Made by a program: the position numbers and the translations under genes. Under the pieces are notes generated by a model. It searched no databases. It saw only the letters and a list, made by a program, of their open reading frames with translations, and was not told where the DNA came from. Shown here one piece after another: positions 25,271 to 40,700 of a DNA stretch of 64,000 nucleotides (the first letter of the stretch is position 1; each line of letters opens with the position of its first letter). Source of the DNA: Octopus sinensis (Eukaryota); the NCBI RefSeq assembly GCF_006345805.1, contig NC_042997.1, positions 179,552,001 through 179,616,000 of the forward strand, written 5' to 3'.

Positions 25271-25949
25271 AATACTTCAAAGGGATAAGTATAGAGAATA
25301 GCATTCAGTGTCATTGGATTTATAATAATTTCGCGAAAATTATTTGTGGTGTATTCCCAAATTTTCGTGAGCAAAGTTTATTCTGCGATTGTACTTGTGG
25401 CAAACTATCACCCCCATTACAGCATTTTTGTTTTTTATCGACCGTGAAAGATGAAAATCATTGTTTATCGCAGCGAGAATCGAACACAGATTGTACCAAG
25501 TCGTTCCAAAGAGCAATACATTTTAGAAAACCGCCTCATGTTTTGATGAACTCATAAGCGCTATCGTAACGTATCGTGTATTTGGTTACTTTAAACGGGT
25601 TGAGGCCATTCATTGCAGCTCAACTCGGTTCGAACACGGCGCATTTCTTGTGGGGGAAAAGGAGGAGAGAGAGAGAGGAGAGAGAGGGGGGAGAGAGAGA
25701 ATGAGAGAGAGGAAGAGAGAAGAAAACATGGGAGAAAAACATAGGTAGGAACAGAGATACAGAAGGAATCCAACATAGTTTAAGACTGGTACTTTATTTA
25801 GCGCTCTCGACTCGGATGAATAAATAACCACAAATAAGCTAAGATGGTGTATGTGATTTAATGTATGTATGCATAAATGCTTATATATATATCTATATAT
25901 ATATATATATATATATTAAATATAAATACATACATACATATATTTATAT

Positions 25950-27010
25950 GTATTCTGTATTTTTGTTTGTGTACTTCGATCGTTTTCCGTCCTTTCGTTG
26001 TATACATTCGAAGCTTTCTTCCAGGGGATCTAATGCGCTTGGCTTAGATTTCCCTTGGCGGGCTGGCCATATCGGAGCAATCTCAAGATTAATCAGCCGA
26101 AATTGCTAAGATGATCTGGTTCTTGACTGATGACTGAGGGCTTCGAATGTCCCGTCCTGTGGTTCTTGTGTCGTCTCTGTGGTGTTTCATGTTCTTGTCC
26201 ATGTCTGTATTTAATTTTACTGTTTACCTATATAATCGGCGGCTACGTATCCACAATTGTCCTTATACGATAAGTATATTTTTTTCTCAAGCTTTGATAC
26301 GACTCTTAATCTGTCTCTTTTCTCTCTCTCCTCTCCTCCTCCCTTATTCCACTTCCGTTCTTTCCCTCTCCATCCGTCCCCCCCCCCTTTCTACGTTTCT
26401 CTATCTCTCTCACCTCCAGCCCCCTCGATCTGTCTCTTTCTTCTCCTCCCTCGTCCACCTTCTCTCCCTTTTCATCTGTCCCTTTCTCCTGTCTTTTGTT
26501 CTCACGTGACAGCTAGCCGCTGTTGAGCGCTCTTTTCGTTTTCAGCAGCCTCAGAAGCAACACGTATGTGTTCGTCTCCCCGTGGCCTTTAGGCACAACT
26601 TCACAAGCCAGCCCCTACTCAAATCGTCCTGTCGAAAGACCCTTGTCCTACGTCCTGTTTTTGTTTTGTTGTTTATTTTTTATTTTTACCGTTATGTTTT
26701 TACGTTTTTGTATTCTTATTGGTGTCACGTATTCTGTATTTTTGTTTGTGTACTTCGATCGTTTTCCGTCCTTTCGTTGTATACATTCGAAGCTTTCTTC
26801 CAGGGGATCTAATGCGCTTGGCTTAGATTTCCTTGGCGGGCTGGCCATATCGGAGCAATCTCAAGATTAATCAGCCGAAATTGCTAAGATGATCTGGTTC
26901 TTGACTGATGACTGAGGGCTTCGAATGTCCGTCCTGTGGTTCTTGTGTCGTCTCTGTGGTGTTTCATGTTCTTGTCCATGTCTGTATTTAATTTACTGTT
27001 TACCTATATA
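25950..27010 (+). mobile_element. Non-coding element with near-identical ~285-bp direct terminal repeats
   Basis: 25950-26234 and 26729-27010 differ only by a few homopolymer-length changes. The ~495-bp interior is pyrimidine-rich and contains cacgtgac. No TG..CA ends, PBS or PPT seen. Confidence 0.75.
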
Positions 27011-27950
27011 CATATATATATAGAAAGGCAAGTGATCATATGACAACACAATTAACAACATTGACAGATATAATGATAACAACACCAATTGTTATAGCAA
27101 CAAATGTATTTAATGCCACAAGCAATTGCAATAGATATAATTCCATTAGCAACAGCATATGATGTAATGACAATAACAGCGGCAAGAAATGTAATGAAAG
27201 CGATAGCATAACAGATGTAATGATAACAGTACCAGATGTAATAACAGCAACATCCACGACATGTGTAATGATGACTGCAACAGTTGTAAGGACAACAAAA
27301 ACGGCAACAGATGCAAGGACAAAGACATATCAACAACTATAGTGGCAATATATATTGAAACAACAGCGATATATGTAATGACAAGAGTGGCTGCATGTTA
27401 TTCCAACAAAAGCAACAGATATAATGTCAGTAATAACAGCAACAAATGTAATGACCACCGGATCGGGCGTTGTGATTGTTTATTGAGCGAAAACACCTAA
27501 AGCTCCATGAGGCTCCGGCAGGGGATGGTGGTGATCCCTGCTGTACTCTTTCACCACAATTTCTGTTGTACCTGTATTTCAAAGGGCCAGCCCTGTCACT
27601 CTCTGTGTCACGCTGAATATCCCCGAGAACTACGTTAAGGGTACACGTGTCTGTGGAGTGCTCAGCCACTTGCACGTTAATTTCACGAGCAGCCTGTTCC
27701 GTTGATTCGAATCAAACGGAACCCTCGTCGTCGTAACCGACGGAGTGCTTCCATCCCATCCAATGACCACCATCACCACGACAGCAACGAATGTAATGCG
27801 TAACACCAAAGTCAGCAACATATGTAATACTAACAACAAATGCTATAGCGATAGATGTGATTGGAATAATAACAGTAATAGACGTAACGCCAACAAGAGC
27901 AACTGAAAGTAATGATCACGAAAAATGCTTTAGATCATAGACCTGTATAA
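27010..27950. repeat. Degenerate minisatellite built on (c)aacagatgtaatgata, interrupted by a SINE
   Basis: Variants of agat(g/a)taat recur at roughly 15-25 nt spacing on both sides of the SINE. Confidence 0.55.
27460..27761 (+). mobile_element. SINE family B, 5'-truncated, 10-bp TSD
   Basis: Matches the 16.2 kb copy from after the B box. TSD aatgaccacc at 27450-27459 and 27762-27771. Confidence 0.85.
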
Positions 27951-27994
27951 TCCTGGTTCACTTAATGCTAAACAACAACAAAACAAAACTACAT

Positions 27995-28183
27995 CGCAAT
28001 GGCCCAGTGGTTAGCGCAGCGGACTCGCAGTCGTAAGAACACTGTTTCGATTCCCAGACCGGGCATTGTGAGTGTTTATTGAGCAAAAACACCTAAGCTC
28101 CACAAGGCTCCGTCGCGCAGTGGTGGTGAACCCTGCTGTACTCTTTAACCACAAATTTCTCTCACTCTTTCTTCCTACTTCTG
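27995..28183 (+). mobile_element. SINE family B, head and body only
   Basis: A/B boxes and body align to 16172-16360. Confidence 0.8.
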
Positions 28184-28453
28184 CCACAAAGCAGAGGAAC
28201 CATGGTGTAACCCACAATCAGACCCTAGTCTAGATTGCAAATCCGCTGCACTCCCAGGATGGTTCAGTTCTTCACCCGTTAAAAGCCACCGTTTACGGAG
28301 TGAGGATAACAACGTAGCTTTCGCGCCCGTGCAACCGCCAGTCTATCGCGTGTGGTGGGTGGATCTTCAACTTGCCACACGCATTCTTAGTAGCTTAGAG
28401 TAGGTTCAAATTTGAGATTATTCTTTGTGGCTAATGGCGTGAGTTCTGATTGA

Positions 28454-28523
28454 AAGAAGAAGAAGAAGAAGAAGAAGAAGAAGAAGAAGAAGAAGAAGAA
28501 GAAGAAGAAGAAGAAGAAGAAGA
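28454..28523. repeat. (AAG)n microsatellite
   Basis: Direct reading. Confidence 0.95.
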
Positions 28524-29059
28524 CAACAACGGAGGCAATAGTTGAACAGATGAAGGTGGTGGTCAGAATTGGAATGCATTTGATCATTGGTCTGCGAAGC
28601 CAGAGCTGACAACGTCTCTGCCCAGCCGGCGAAATAGCGGTCAAATTTCCTCAAGTCACTACACTGCCTTTTTAAACAAAGAAGGACATTTGAATTAGGT
28701 TATGGTAGAATCAGTGTATGTATGTTAAGAGGATTGAGTGGTCACGGCTGGAATACTTTTCGTCAAAGGTCGACTCAATCTGAGCTGATTTGTAGCTAAA
28801 CAATGGCAACAATAACGAGAGATGTCATAGGAAGAATAGCATAAATGATATCAAAAACAACAGCAGCAGCCGTCCAAGAATTTGGACCTGGAGATCCATA
28901 TTTCCAGCGACTTTGAGGGCCACCTCCCAGTGGTGTCGGGCGTCAACGAAGAGCCCTCGACTACAACAAGACGACTAAAGTTTTTTTTTCCAAGGTCTGG
29001 GGTCTCCCGCCCCTAAGCCCTGGACCATCACCTAATCACCCTTACTCGTCTTGTTGCTT

Positions 29060-29096
<37 letters not shown>

Positions 29097-29192
29097 GCAA
29101 TAGAGATTTAATTGGGTAGGTCACCACCACCACCATCACCCAGCCATCAATTCCACCAATTCTCTACATCTACAAATACAATAATAACGATC

Positions 29193-29238
<46 letters not shown>

Positions 29239-30389
29239 AACGAAGCAACTACAGCTCCACCTAGATGTACAAAAAAAGCAAAGCAACAATAGACAAGGAG
29301 TGTAAAAATATCTATAGTGCCCCCACGGTCACAAATATCACTATTGGCACCGCAGCCACCACCAGAGCTACAGTAACAACAACAACAACAACAAAAACAG
29401 AATCAACAACAACAACAACAACTATAACAGCTATAATATGAACAATAGTAACTTTAAAAAGCCGACAAAGAAGCCTGTAAGTTGTTGCTTGCCAAACAAG
29501 AAATAACAACCAATATCCATCATATAAAAGTTATACTGGTTTAAAAGGACACACTGAGTAATAGATAAAGATGAAATTGTCACAGCTAGAATGGATGGCT
29601 TTGATTATACGTAGGTGTAAACGAACTAGGTCGACATATAGCTTAACAACAACAGCAACAACAATAGCTTTCGTCAGCATCAGATATAGAAGTTAACCGA
29701 ACAGCATTAGAAGTAGCGGCGTCGTCGACAATAACACCAGAAATATTTACGTGAGTGTTTGACCTAGAAGCAACAGTGAAGCTTCCTCAAAATTTCAACG
29801 TACCGCCTTTATAAAAAGAATGACATATTGGATAACTGTTGCCATGGATACACTTGGTCATCACTGGAATATCTTTGATCGTTGATCTTGATCAATCAAA
29901 GATGACCTGCAGCTAAACATGACCAAGAAGAATAACAACAACAATACCAATAAAAATAGGAATCACATGGCATTTAAGAACATAACTATCAACAACAACA
30001 ACAACAAAAACAACGAGAATAAAAGAATAACAAGTTTATAACAGCATGTAAACAAAGGAATCCTATGCTGTCACTCGACCTGCATGAAATAGCAACCAAA
30101 TGACCTTTGAATCATACTCAGTGGTTTAAGAAATAGAATATATTGGACTATGAATTTCCATACAAAGGCAGCGACAGCCAGTACACTTTTAATCAAAGGA
30201 AGGCATAACTGATTAGAGCCAACATGTGGCTAAGGCAGAGAAATAGTGGCAACCGTAAACGAAGACTAACAACAATGAGAAGAACACCAGCAACAACGAC
30301 TGTAATAACAGCGCAACCAACACCAACAACATAAACAGTAATATCAACAACAACTACTATAACAAAAGCAGACGCGGGAAACAAAAACA

Positions 30390-31700
<1,311 letters not shown>

Positions 31701-32425
31701 CAAACGCAGTAGGAGTTGGAAAACAGCAACAACAAAATGTCAGAGTGTATAGTAACGAAACAACAACATCAATAATAATAATAATACCTGTAACCAATAA
31801 GAGAATGAAGAAAAAGCAACAACAAGTACAAGAAGAACAACAGCTACAGCTACCACAACAGTAGTGAAACTAAAGTGGTGACAAGAGACAGTTACCGCTG
31901 CAACAACAGTAAGAACAACCACAACGATATCAGCAGCAGCAGATGTTTCTCAGAATAGCAGTTGAAGGTGGAATTGTAGAAGATCATATATATATAAACA
32001 CATGCATTCATACATACATACATGCATGCATACATACATACATACATACATACGTACGTACATACATACATACATACATGCATAATCCGTGCGTACACAC
32101 GTACGCAAACTTACACACGTACAATTAGGAGAGTCGCAATGTTTTAGAGTTTCGCTGTTATCTCCAACTTTGTGCGAATCATTGTTTGTTGTGTAGACTG
32201 GAAGGGAGGGAGACTGATATATCAACTGTCTGTAGGTATGCCAGCTTCTGAGCATGTGTATGCCTACAATACCTCTACAATTATGTATGTCTGAGTGTAT
32301 GCATGAATGTATGTATATGTATAACGTTGCATACATAATAAATTCCATATGGACCGTCTCTTTTTCGATATACCAATATGAGCCTACATATATAGATTAT
32401 ATAGACTATATATATATATATATAC

Positions 32426-32461
<36 letters not shown>

Positions 32462-32467
<6 letters not shown>

Positions 32468-32772
32468 CGCAATGGCCGAGTGGTTAGGGCAGCGGACACG
32501 CATTTGTAGGATCGCGGTTTCGATTCGCAGACCGGTCATTCTGAGTGTTAATTGACCGAAAATACCTAAAGCTCCACGAGTCTTCGGCAGGGGTTGGTGG
32601 CGATCCCTACTGTACTCTTTCGCCACAACTTTGTCTCACTCTTTCTTCTGTTGGCCTGCTCGCTTAGCCAGCGGGGTGGCGTCATTTGAAGGCTAAACCA
32701 ATGCGAAGCGCATTGTGACCAGCGATGTGTAGCAACAGCTGATAGCCTGGTCAGTCACAGTGATCACGATGA
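32462..32772 (+). mobile_element. SINE with family B head and body and a different 3' tail
   Basis: Aligns to family B up to ctcactctttcttctg, then diverges (ttggcctgctcgcttagccagcggggtggcg...gtcacagtgatcacg). Confidence 0.8.
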
Positions 32773-33700
32773 TATATATATATATATATATCAGCTCGAG
32801 CCTATAATGAGCAAATACTTGAAAATAAAATCAGTAGATAAGTGCTGTCTCATCAGTAAAGAACAAAGAAAATTGGGAGAGAGTTTTACTGTTTATATAC
32901 TCTGTTTTTAGAAAACAGTGATGTTATAATATAGCCATAATATTAGGAACACTAGAAGAACTTGTAGTATAAGAATTTACAAAGATGTTAGAATTTTCGA
33001 AAGTAACATTTTTACATTGAATATAAAATGTACCGCTATAAATAATAACATAAATCTTATCTTGCGGATGTAGTTACCACGGAGCTCAATAAAGAGTGAG
33101 ACGAAGTTAGTTTAGAAGAGGAATATGAATCTTGAAGTAGTTAGGGCAATATTGTATGCAGAGAGAGTCAAACGAAATGTAAAATGAAGATTTATAAGGA
33201 AGATATAAGGAAGCTATATATCGCAATATATACATTACTTGTTCTGCATCTTACGTAACTTCCATGTATTTCCCCCTATAATTAGTAGGAAAAGTTTTAC
33301 ACTTCAATCTAATGTTAATTTATAGCTGTTTGGATACATCTTTAAAAATATTTTACAAACAAATGATATATGGTCTTTAGGCTTACATCCTCAATTTCTA
33401 TACTATGGTGTGTATAATTAAGAAAAAAACTATTTCAGACGCCTATGTCCATAATTTAATGAATGTCTGAATGCTAGAAACATGATCCTGTCCAGTGAAT
33501 TAATCTAATATATTTTTGTATCTTATAAAGCTTTACCTTTTTAAAGTGTTTTCGGTTTAACTACATTTATGCAACCTGATATTGAAGCTCAAAAAGTGAT
33601 TTCTTATCATTTTTATTGAGTCCCCTCCATATCACTTCACATAAAAATTATTTTTGCCTTAATGTCAATATATTTACTCACACACACACACACACACATA

Positions 33701-33735
<35 letters not shown>

Positions 33736-36448
33736 ACACACACCACACACACACGTACACGCCTATTAGCTTTGATTGTGGTTTTACAAACAGCTGCCTG
33801 TTTGTGTATGTGTACTGATAGCATCATGAGACATCTAGTGAACTGATTGCCAGTTGCAATTTGTGAATCCAAATTAATTAATATATAAGCTACATTTAAA
33901 ATGTAATGTGACCTTCATGCTAATGAGGTCTTCGTCGTTTGGCGAAATATATATATATATATATATATAGATATATATTTAAATGTATATAAGTACATAT
34001 ATGTATATATATACATTACATACATACATACGTACATACATACATACATCCATACATACATACACACATATATATATATATGTGTGTGCGCATGTGTGTA
34101 TGTATGTACATATATGTATATATCTATGTATGTGTACATGCATGTATATATCTTCATATATACATATAAACATAGGTATATATTCATGTACGTGTGTACA
34201 TTTTGATTAGTTACTGTCTTTCACTTTATTGGTTATAAATATGATGAAATAGAGATGTGACATGACAATACATACATCAAGAACAAATATTTACAAGCAC
34301 TTCGAAATATGATGTGCCTACAGTGCTTAGAGATTTTGTTTGCTGCTGAAATATTGCCAGAACATGCATCATAGATTCAATTGTATGTGTTTATTACATG
34401 ACATTTTCGGATATCCGTGCATTTGGGACCATGTGTATAAGACAATTGTTTATTGGTTGTCAGCAAATGTTTATTCGCTTTTAGTTGTTATATTTCTATG
34501 ACCATTTTTCGGTGGATGGTACATCGATCATATAAGAAATAAGCTATTTGAGTCAGCTTGTATTTGCATATAAATAGCGAATTCGACATTTCCAATCTTT
34601 CCTTCAAACCTATAAGATTTTTAAGTATAATGCTACACTTTTCCGAGATACCTATGACATATTCTTGAAATAAGAATATAGGTGAGCACATGATTTGTAA
34701 TAGACCAAACAGTATCATAAATGTTAGTTTCACCACTTTAACTTAAGGTATTTTTGAACAGTGAAGTATTAGGCGTCTTTCTGATCATCTGATTCCATAC
34801 ATATGCAAAGAAGCTTTTTCCTCCACAATGCTCTACATAGTTGATTTTATTTTCTATAAATTCAACATATATATTTTTACATATTTGTATTACATGGAAA
34901 ACGGCAGCTCGGTAGGAAGACACGTATATACTGAGTGGGAATATGTTAAGTTGTTGAAATCGCAAGTTGTTGCGATTTCATAATGGATGCCCCAATTTTG
35001 GAAGGTTTTTCCCCAATCTTATTTATAAAGATTAGAATAATCCAAGCAACATGGGAAAGGAAATTTTAATACTAGAGAGAATTAATAATATAATACCCAA
35101 TTTCCTATATTTGTGTTTATGAATATTGATATTGTTGTACATGTATTGCATGCTAACTTTCAAGACACAGATATTTTTATGATTCCCGTAATGTGCAACC
35201 GGCTTAAAAGATTTTCCGATTACAGGATAAGATTGATATACATTTATTAGTGGTAGTAATTAAGATTTTAAGAAAAAGTAGCGACTTTAAATGGATATAA
35301 TTTCTAGGTGTTTTGGAATGGTTATATTAACCTGTACCTGAATCAAGAATGATATATAAGAAATTAACTACTTTAAGATACACATCTTTCGTGAACTTTG
35401 AATCTAATCCTGTAAACTCTTTCTTTCCTAGCGACACCTCTTGTGTGGTTCTTCATATTTCATGAGGTACGTTGTCCATTGTCATGTTACAAACCGAACT
35501 CTGCATGGGGTAATATTCTACGAATTACCAGAAAGTATTCGAAATTATAGAAGTTTTTAAATTTACAGACTTCAACTCCATCGTGAAAGCCCATGACTAC
35601 AACAAAAATTTCTTGGCTACTACATTTTAATCAGAATCACATTAGCATAAAAGTTAAAAAAAAAACAAAACATTTCACCGTGAATAATAAAGTTAGTGCC
35701 TATTCATTGAATGGAAAAATACCAGTAGTTAATTCTAAACTTTTCGAAGAAACGATTAGGTGTAGTTGGCTATAACTCTACAATATCGAACTGCATAAAT
35801 TTACGGAAGTACCTCTTATCTATGTTATTGAATCACTTAATGAGAGATAACACAATCTTTTTTATCATAGGTAAGAACTAACGTGTATATTGCTGAAAAA
35901 TGATACTTACTAACCCTACCTATTTCACTATTCCCGTATTATTAATCTACAAATTGGGATTGGCAAGGAACTTATACGCTTGAGCTTTAAAACTGTTCTA
36001 TGATTCAAATAAACTTAACATTTCTTATCTATCCTCTATTTTTAGACTTGTAGCTAGTTCTTTTGTTTCTGAATTAATAGGATGGTAAGCACTAGAGGTC
36101 GTACACTACTAGATATTTGTGACATTCTTTAAATAATCAGAGCAGTTTCAAGATAATTTTTGTAAAAATGTGCGGTGTAACATATCTTACTTTATTTACT
36201 TAATATCTTTCAATACTATTCCTAATGTGCACAAGTCAGCAATTTCGATTACATTACTCATCGAAAATTGAAAAGAAAATATAGTGTTCACAGAATACTA
36301 AAAACTGCATATATGATATATAGCCATACATACATACACACACACATACAAAACATGTGTCTATTAGGTGTAATTCATCTATTTATCTATCTAACTCTCT
36401 CTCTCTCTCACTCTCTCTATATATATGTATGTGTGTGTGTGAGAGTGC

Positions 36449-36484
<36 letters not shown>

Positions 36485-38679
36485 AGAGTGATACATACAT
36501 ACATAAATACATACATACATTTATGTAGATATATGTATATATGGAACAATCGCGTGTATGTGTAAATACAAACACCCGTCATTCGTAAGCGAGTATGACT
36601 CCACAGTCTGTATCATACTTTCGCTAATTAATTTAGGTGCATATGTAGTCAGGAGCAGCCATAGACATCTAATTATACACTCGTTCAGGTCATTAGTGAC
36701 TTATGGGTATTTAGTTTCGATTGGAAAACACACCGATACACACGCCCAAACACATACATCCAAAACATACACACACCGATACACACACTCCCATATAATT
36801 TGACATAAATAGTATTACTAATCAGTGGATTTGTAGAAATGTTGAACTGTCGGAAAAATTTCTTTCTTTTTTTCTGCTCTTGTCTGCAGATTTCCAGTCC
36901 TGCTGAGGTCAGCCATATCTTCTCTTTTCTGGGTTCTGTAAAGTACTAATCAAGTAATGGGTTGATTCGTTTCTTCCTCGCCCTCTCTCCCGTCTTCTCT
37001 CCCTTTATGCCAGAAATGACTTCTCTGTGAGAAAACCTGAGAGACATACCTCTTTGTTCCAAGACAACCAAATTCACTCTGTTGTAGTGCATGGAATGTT
37101 GTTGCCGAGGCTCTGGTAGAATTTAGTCTAAAATCACTATTACTGATATTATTAATAACAATTCATAACATGAGTAACTTGCTTTGGGCTCTCATCACCT
37201 CGATGAATTAGTAGGGGTAACCATTGAGACATATGACATGCCTAGGTCATTCATTTTAAATCTGTAGCAAACCATAATATTCTGGTATGATTCCAGCTGA
37301 TTTCTTTCACAAAGAGGGAGAGAGACCATCAGAGAGAAAGAAGCAGAGGAGATTCAAATTTTGTACTTAAAATTGCACCTTATTTTCGACCTTGAAAGGA
37401 TGCAAGATAATTTTTACTCCGACGAGATTGGAATTCAAAGTGCAGAGTGTCGGAATGTTGTCGCTGAGCAATCTATTCCGACTCTCTGACGAACAGCCAA
37501 TGGCCTGCATTATAACACAGGTACACGACCTCATTTTGTCGGGCTTGTATAAGTATAGCACACGCGGTTCTTAACTGGTGCATTTAGTTACAATCAGTGA
37601 AGAAGGAAAGGTAAATTCAAAATCAATAGGATATGAAAGCAGATCGGAAAGATACGTAACCAAATCAAGTAATCAATATTCCAAGACTCTGCTCTATAAT
37701 AAAAACTTCTTTCAAAGATGTAAGGCTAGAAATTTGAAGTAAGGCAGACAGTTAACCCCAGTACTCATATTTACCCCAGTACTTGAATACTACCCAATGG
37801 TACTGACTGCTAAAACATGAATGGTTAGAATTAATATTTACGGAAGGTCGTTTGTTTCCAAGCTCAGTTAATACGGTTAATAGACGGTTCTCAGTAACAG
37901 CAGGAATTTCTTACATAAGGACAAAGTCAGAAATTTGGTGGAGAGGTGCATTCCAGGATATAGTTCTCAATGCATCACTGATACTGTATTTTGTCGATTA
38001 TGGAAATATAACATTCTGACTCAGTACCGGTGTGTATTTGAAATCAGAATGTAATGAGTCAAAAGAACCACTTTAAAGTAATTTGACCGACGCTTTACTT
38101 ATGTTGCCACTACATCGTTTTCAGTATGATAATAAAGAGGGGACACGTAAAAAGGAATAGATAATGGTTTCGAATACAGATACAAGGCCAGTCACATTAA
38201 AGTAAGGGTTTTAATTGAAGAAATGAGACTACAATTCCTAAATTAACACTAAAAAATTTAATAACAAATTTAAACTTCAGCAGAATTTAAAGTCACAGCA
38301 TAAAGGAACATAAGGAAATCCCACGTGTCATTTTGTCTGCTTTGGTACTAAATCTGCCATCAGAATCACAGCGGATTCTAACATACAAGGCCGCAAATTT
38401 AAGTGGAGGTATATACGCAATCGTGTGTATAGACCCAGTACTTGAATAATTGTATTCCTTTTATTAAACTTGAAAAGAACAAAAGACAAAGTCGTTCCGG
38501 GTAGGAATTCAAGGTTGGAAAGCAAAGGGACTGTACTGGAATCATTGACGATAGTTGCCAAATTCATTATTAATTGTATGTTCCATACAATGGCTTTATT
38601 TATTTTCAATGAATATAATTCATATATTTGGTATGTATGTGTGAGTTAATTCTATTACGTAGTGTAAAATTCGTCGTTG

Positions 38680-38757
<78 letters not shown>

Positions 38758-38763
38758 TATATG

Positions 38764-38796
<33 letters not shown>

Positions 38797-38901
38797 GTAT
38801 GTATACGCATATGCATATATATATACATGAATACATATATGTATGTATATGCATACATGTAAATACACATGTGCGGGTTACGCACACATACGTACCCCCA
38901 G

Positions 38902-38932
<31 letters not shown>

Positions 38933-39599
38933 CATGAATATGTCTGAATCCAGGTCCAGTATGTTAACTTAACAATTAAATGACATTTTGATTTCTTAAA
39001 TGGTAAGTTAAGGAAATTGATAATAATAATGTTGACAATATCATTAATACATTATATTTTAGTTATCGCAAGGGCTTCAAAGTTTGGAAACTAAGAATAC
39101 AATAGGATATCTACTGATTTCTTTGTTATACAGGCATTAAAAGTTTTGGCTGTAACGGTTTTCCATAGTTACGTGAACATTTCTTGCAAATTCTATGCCT
39201 TGTACAAATACTGAAGACAATGATGATAATGAGGGGTAGGAGGAAATAGAATAAAAATAGGTGTAGGAGTAGATAGATGATGATAAATGTGTTGTGGGTG
39301 GTATGATAAAGATAATAACGTTGACGATGTTTGCTGCTGCCGCTGCTGATGATACTGTCTGTAATGTTAAGAATCGTGAATAAACAAAAGTGAATGCATT
39401 CGTCCACCAACACCACCACCACCACCACCACCACCGTCTCCTCTTCATCATCATCATCATCGCCGCCGTCGTCCTCTTTAATCATCATTCAGATTGAAAG
39501 CGAGGTGTACTGCTTGCCGAAATGGTTAGATAACCGGATAGGTACTCGAGAATGGTGGTATATTAGTTATAATAGTAGTATAGTTTATTGAGGTGGTAG

Positions 39600-40538
39600 T
39601 TGTGTGTAGTTTTGTCAATACTGCTTGGTATATTATTACTTGCTAGAAATAGTTAAGGACGATCGCAAGATCATTGGTGACTTCTTAACGGCAACCTGCT
39701 GATGGTGGCAATGGTGGTGATGGTATTGAAGATATCACATGGCAATGGTATACTGGTGATAATAATTATCATGATAATCATCACGATGATATCGATAACT
39801 GATGACAATATAAGTGGTATGGCATGACATGCTGGTTGTGGTCTTAGTAACACCATAGTCACATGGTAGTGGTATCGTGGTGCTATAGACGTTAGTCACA
39901 TGTTAGTGAATGGTGGTAGTATTTATGGCGGCATTAATGATGGTAACATACCGGTCGTGTTAGTGGTGATGGCCATGTGTTCGGGTAGGGGTATTTGATA
40001 GTTTGGGTATGGTAGGGTAAGATTGTAGTGATGGTCGTGGCGGTATTGATACTGACAACATGTAAGCGGTATAGGGAGTTTTGGAAGTGACAGCTGTAGT
40101 GTTACTGTGGATAGTGACATCGTAGTGGTAGTGGTGGTGGTGGTGGTGGTGGTGGTGGTGGTGGTGTTATTGGCGATAGTTTAGTAGTATTGGTGCTGGT
40201 GACACTGTAATAGTGGCGGTGTTAGTAGCGATGGTTGTAGTTTTTGGAAATTGAAAACCAAGGTGTTAGCGAAGTATTTTGTTCCTGGCGCTGGGGGATA
40301 ATATACAGTGTTGGAAATTGTACTGTGGTGGTGGTGGATATAATTTACTGTGGTGGTAGTGATGTTGGTGTTGGTCGTGGTGGTCGTGGACAATGTGGCA
40401 CTCTGTGTTTCACATAGCAAGCTGAAGGCTGTCTAACTCCGAATCTCACTACCAGAGCTATAGGGGTTGATATTCGTAGTGAGGTGGTGACAATGTCGAT
40501 GACGACTATGATGATATTGATGATGATGATGATGGTTG

Positions 40539-40586
<48 letters not shown>

Positions 40587-40597
40587 CGATGATGATA

Positions 40598-40632
<35 letters not shown>

Positions 40633-40700
40633 AATGAGGAAGGCACTGGCGGTGTTTGTGATGTTGGTGGCGCTCGTGTCGTAATTCAGGCTATAATGAT
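39600..40700. repeat. GT-rich low-complexity zone with (GGT)n and (GAT)n 40495-40635
   Basis: Direct reading. Confidence 0.85.

Noticed and set aside
22997-29851. RFX X-box-like sites at 22997-23010 and 29838-29851
   Set aside because: No nearby TSS evidence, and the second appears to lie in an old repeat remnant. Chance cannot be excluded.
34400-35000. Faint Helitron/PIF1 helicase-like words (GGKSFF, YDRCTIHRK)
   Set aside because: Motif spacing and identity are too weak by eye. It would need a tBLASTn or HMM hit.
38328-38609. 93-aa ORF in non-microsatellite DNA
   Set aside because: It overlaps what looks like a degraded SINE, and no domain was recognised.
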